Shown in pieces: positions 62,434-64,000 of a stretch of DNA of 64,000 nucleotides. Each line of letters begins with the position of its first letter. Within the stretch, counting starts at the first letter, position 1. Origin of the DNA: Eledone cirrhosa (lineage: Eukaryota); contig OZ024754.1 in assembly GCA_964016885.1 (NCBI GenBank), positions 15,748,001-15,812,000 on the forward strand. The letters run 5' to 3'. The position numbers and the translations under genes are program-made. The notes under the pieces were generated by a model. The model was not told the DNA's origin. It saw only the letters and a list, made by a program, of their open reading frames with translations, and ran no database searches.

Positions 62434-63249
62434 CAGTCGAGTCCGCTTAAGAGTGTACCCTCGGGAATGGAAAATAGTATACTCTTAACCAAACTATACT
62501 CTTATCCGGACTAAGTAAAAATATTCCATAGTATTATTATTTTGAGTCTTTCAATGATTAAAAATCGCTTTATTATCGTTTAAAATGCATTTATAAGTAA
62601 AAAAAATGAAAGTTACACCAAAAAATTCAACAAGAATTATTGCAAATTATAGATAAATTAAGCAATATTTCAACATATTGGTATGCAATTTTTATTTCCT
62701 AAAAATAGTCCAAAATGCTTTTTTGCACTCGATTGCTCACAATTTTTTTTTTCAATCATTTCCTTCGATCTCAGACGGAGTATAATTTTCAAAATTTCCA
62801 AACGATTGCATCATATAGGACCGTACAGTGAACAAATTTATTCCTTCTTTTCCAGGGATCTAAAATATTGATAAATGATTAAAGTTATGTTAGGTACCTA
62901 TGCACATTCATATTATAAATGTAAAAATAATACATACTAACCTTTGAGTAATGGATAAAGCAGAGCGTTTCAAAGACATTTTTATGACACAATGAATTAT
63001 TATTTTTGTATTTGCATATATTAAACTTTAAATTGCTTTTAGAATGGTTGTATAAATGACATCATTGCATTTCATTTTGAATTGTTTTAAAATGGTTATG
63101 TTACATTATAAGCACAATTTACTTTACCATATTCATTATACTCTTAGTCGGACTAAATTATATAGAAAATATATAAACGGGAATTGATTATGCTATACTC
63201 TTATGCGAACTATACTCTTATCCGATATACTCTTAAGTGGACTCAACTG
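62434..63249. mobile_element. 816-bp non-autonomous pogo/Tigger-like (Tc1/mariner) element
   Basis: TA-CAGTCGAGTCCGCTTAAGAGT ... ACTCTTAAGTGGACTCAACTG-TA (21-bp TIR, 2 mismatches), with subterminal TATACTCTTA repeats. Confidence 0.88.
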
Positions 63250-63493
63250 TACTGGGATTGATTCTTCCTCTATATCTCTTTCTCACTTCGTTTCTCTCAT
63301 TTTCTATCCTACTCTGGGAGAAATATGTTGTATTCAGACCTGGAGAGAGGAGATGAGCTCTGCCAGGTTTAAAAATGCCCTAGAAATGCTGTCTGTCAAT
63401 ATGGCGCCCCTATGACTCCCTCAGGAGTTACAGGGCCATACATACATATCTCCATTATTTCTGACAGTTTTTTTTTTGTTTTTTTTTTTGTAG

Positions 63494-63629
63494 TTATCAA
63501 CCTGTGAAACGACTGTATGTTTGGTGCCAAGGATGTTCTCATGGCGGTCACCTTCATCACATTATGGACTGGTTCCAAGAAAATAAGCAATGTCCACGTG
63601 GTTGTGGCCATTATTGTGAATATTCTTGA
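63494..63629 (+). CDS. WDR24: WDR24 last exon ([27 protein letters not shown]...[12 protein letters not shown]; RING)
   Basis: T-tract plus gtag acceptor. [10 protein letters not shown] and CPxGCGH RING signature, TGA at 63627-63629. Confidence 0.95.
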
Positions 63630-63666
63630 CCTTTGAAAGTGCCACATGTTCACACTGTAAATTTTG

Positions 63667-63672
63667 AATAAA
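63667..63672 (+). terminator. Candidate WDR24 polyadenylation signal AATAAA
   Basis: AATAAA 37 nt after the stop, followed by T-rich sequence. Confidence 0.45.
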
Positions 63673-64000
63673 TATCTATCTTAGTTTTTTAATAATTTTT
63701 AATAATTTTTTTTTTTCATTTAGAATTCAAGGAATGACTTTGAATTAAAATATTTAAATCCAAAATAATGAAAGAGAAAATCTGATGAACCCTTTAGCAT
63801 TTGCATTACTTTGTATATACTATTGTATTTTTGCAGTAAAGGCTTTACCTCACATAATATTGAATCTATGAGATTTGATATTATTTATGTTGAGAACAAT
63901 ACCTTAACATTGGTATGAGTGGCTGGTTATAGCCGGTTTGAACAGAAAGAGGTGAGAGAATTCTGGCGGAATATGGCCGGTTTAAATGCTAAAGGGTTAA

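Overview
Repeat-rich eukaryotic genomic DNA. The SINE, RTE and microsatellite repertoire suggests a cephalopod, probably an octopod; that assignment is inference. Two complete spliced genes lie head-to-head with ATGs about 1.5 kb apart. On the - strand is a 6-exon TFPT/INO80F-like gene (31283->13388, about 263 aa) that also carries a C-terminal HMG box, an Nhp10-like architecture. On the + strand is an 18-exon WDR24 (GATOR2 subunit; 32814->63629, about 808 aa) whose intron 3 is a GC-AG intron. Introns and flanks hold large minisatellites (40, 46, about 24-26, 52, 48, 61, 114, 82 and 22 bp units), (TA)n tracts, RTE/CR1/CRE LINE relics, two tRNA-derived SINE families, and pogo/Tigger- and piggyBac-like MITEs. 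The most striking unannotated signal is a set of about nine type I hammerhead-ribozyme-like motifs from several distinct families. Most sit in short elements that end in (TA)n and are often inverted-duplicated, and one abuts a Penelope-like ORF relic. Several lie in sense orientation inside the two pre-mRNAs. The long Y/I/C/V-rich ORFs in the track are repeat artefacts.
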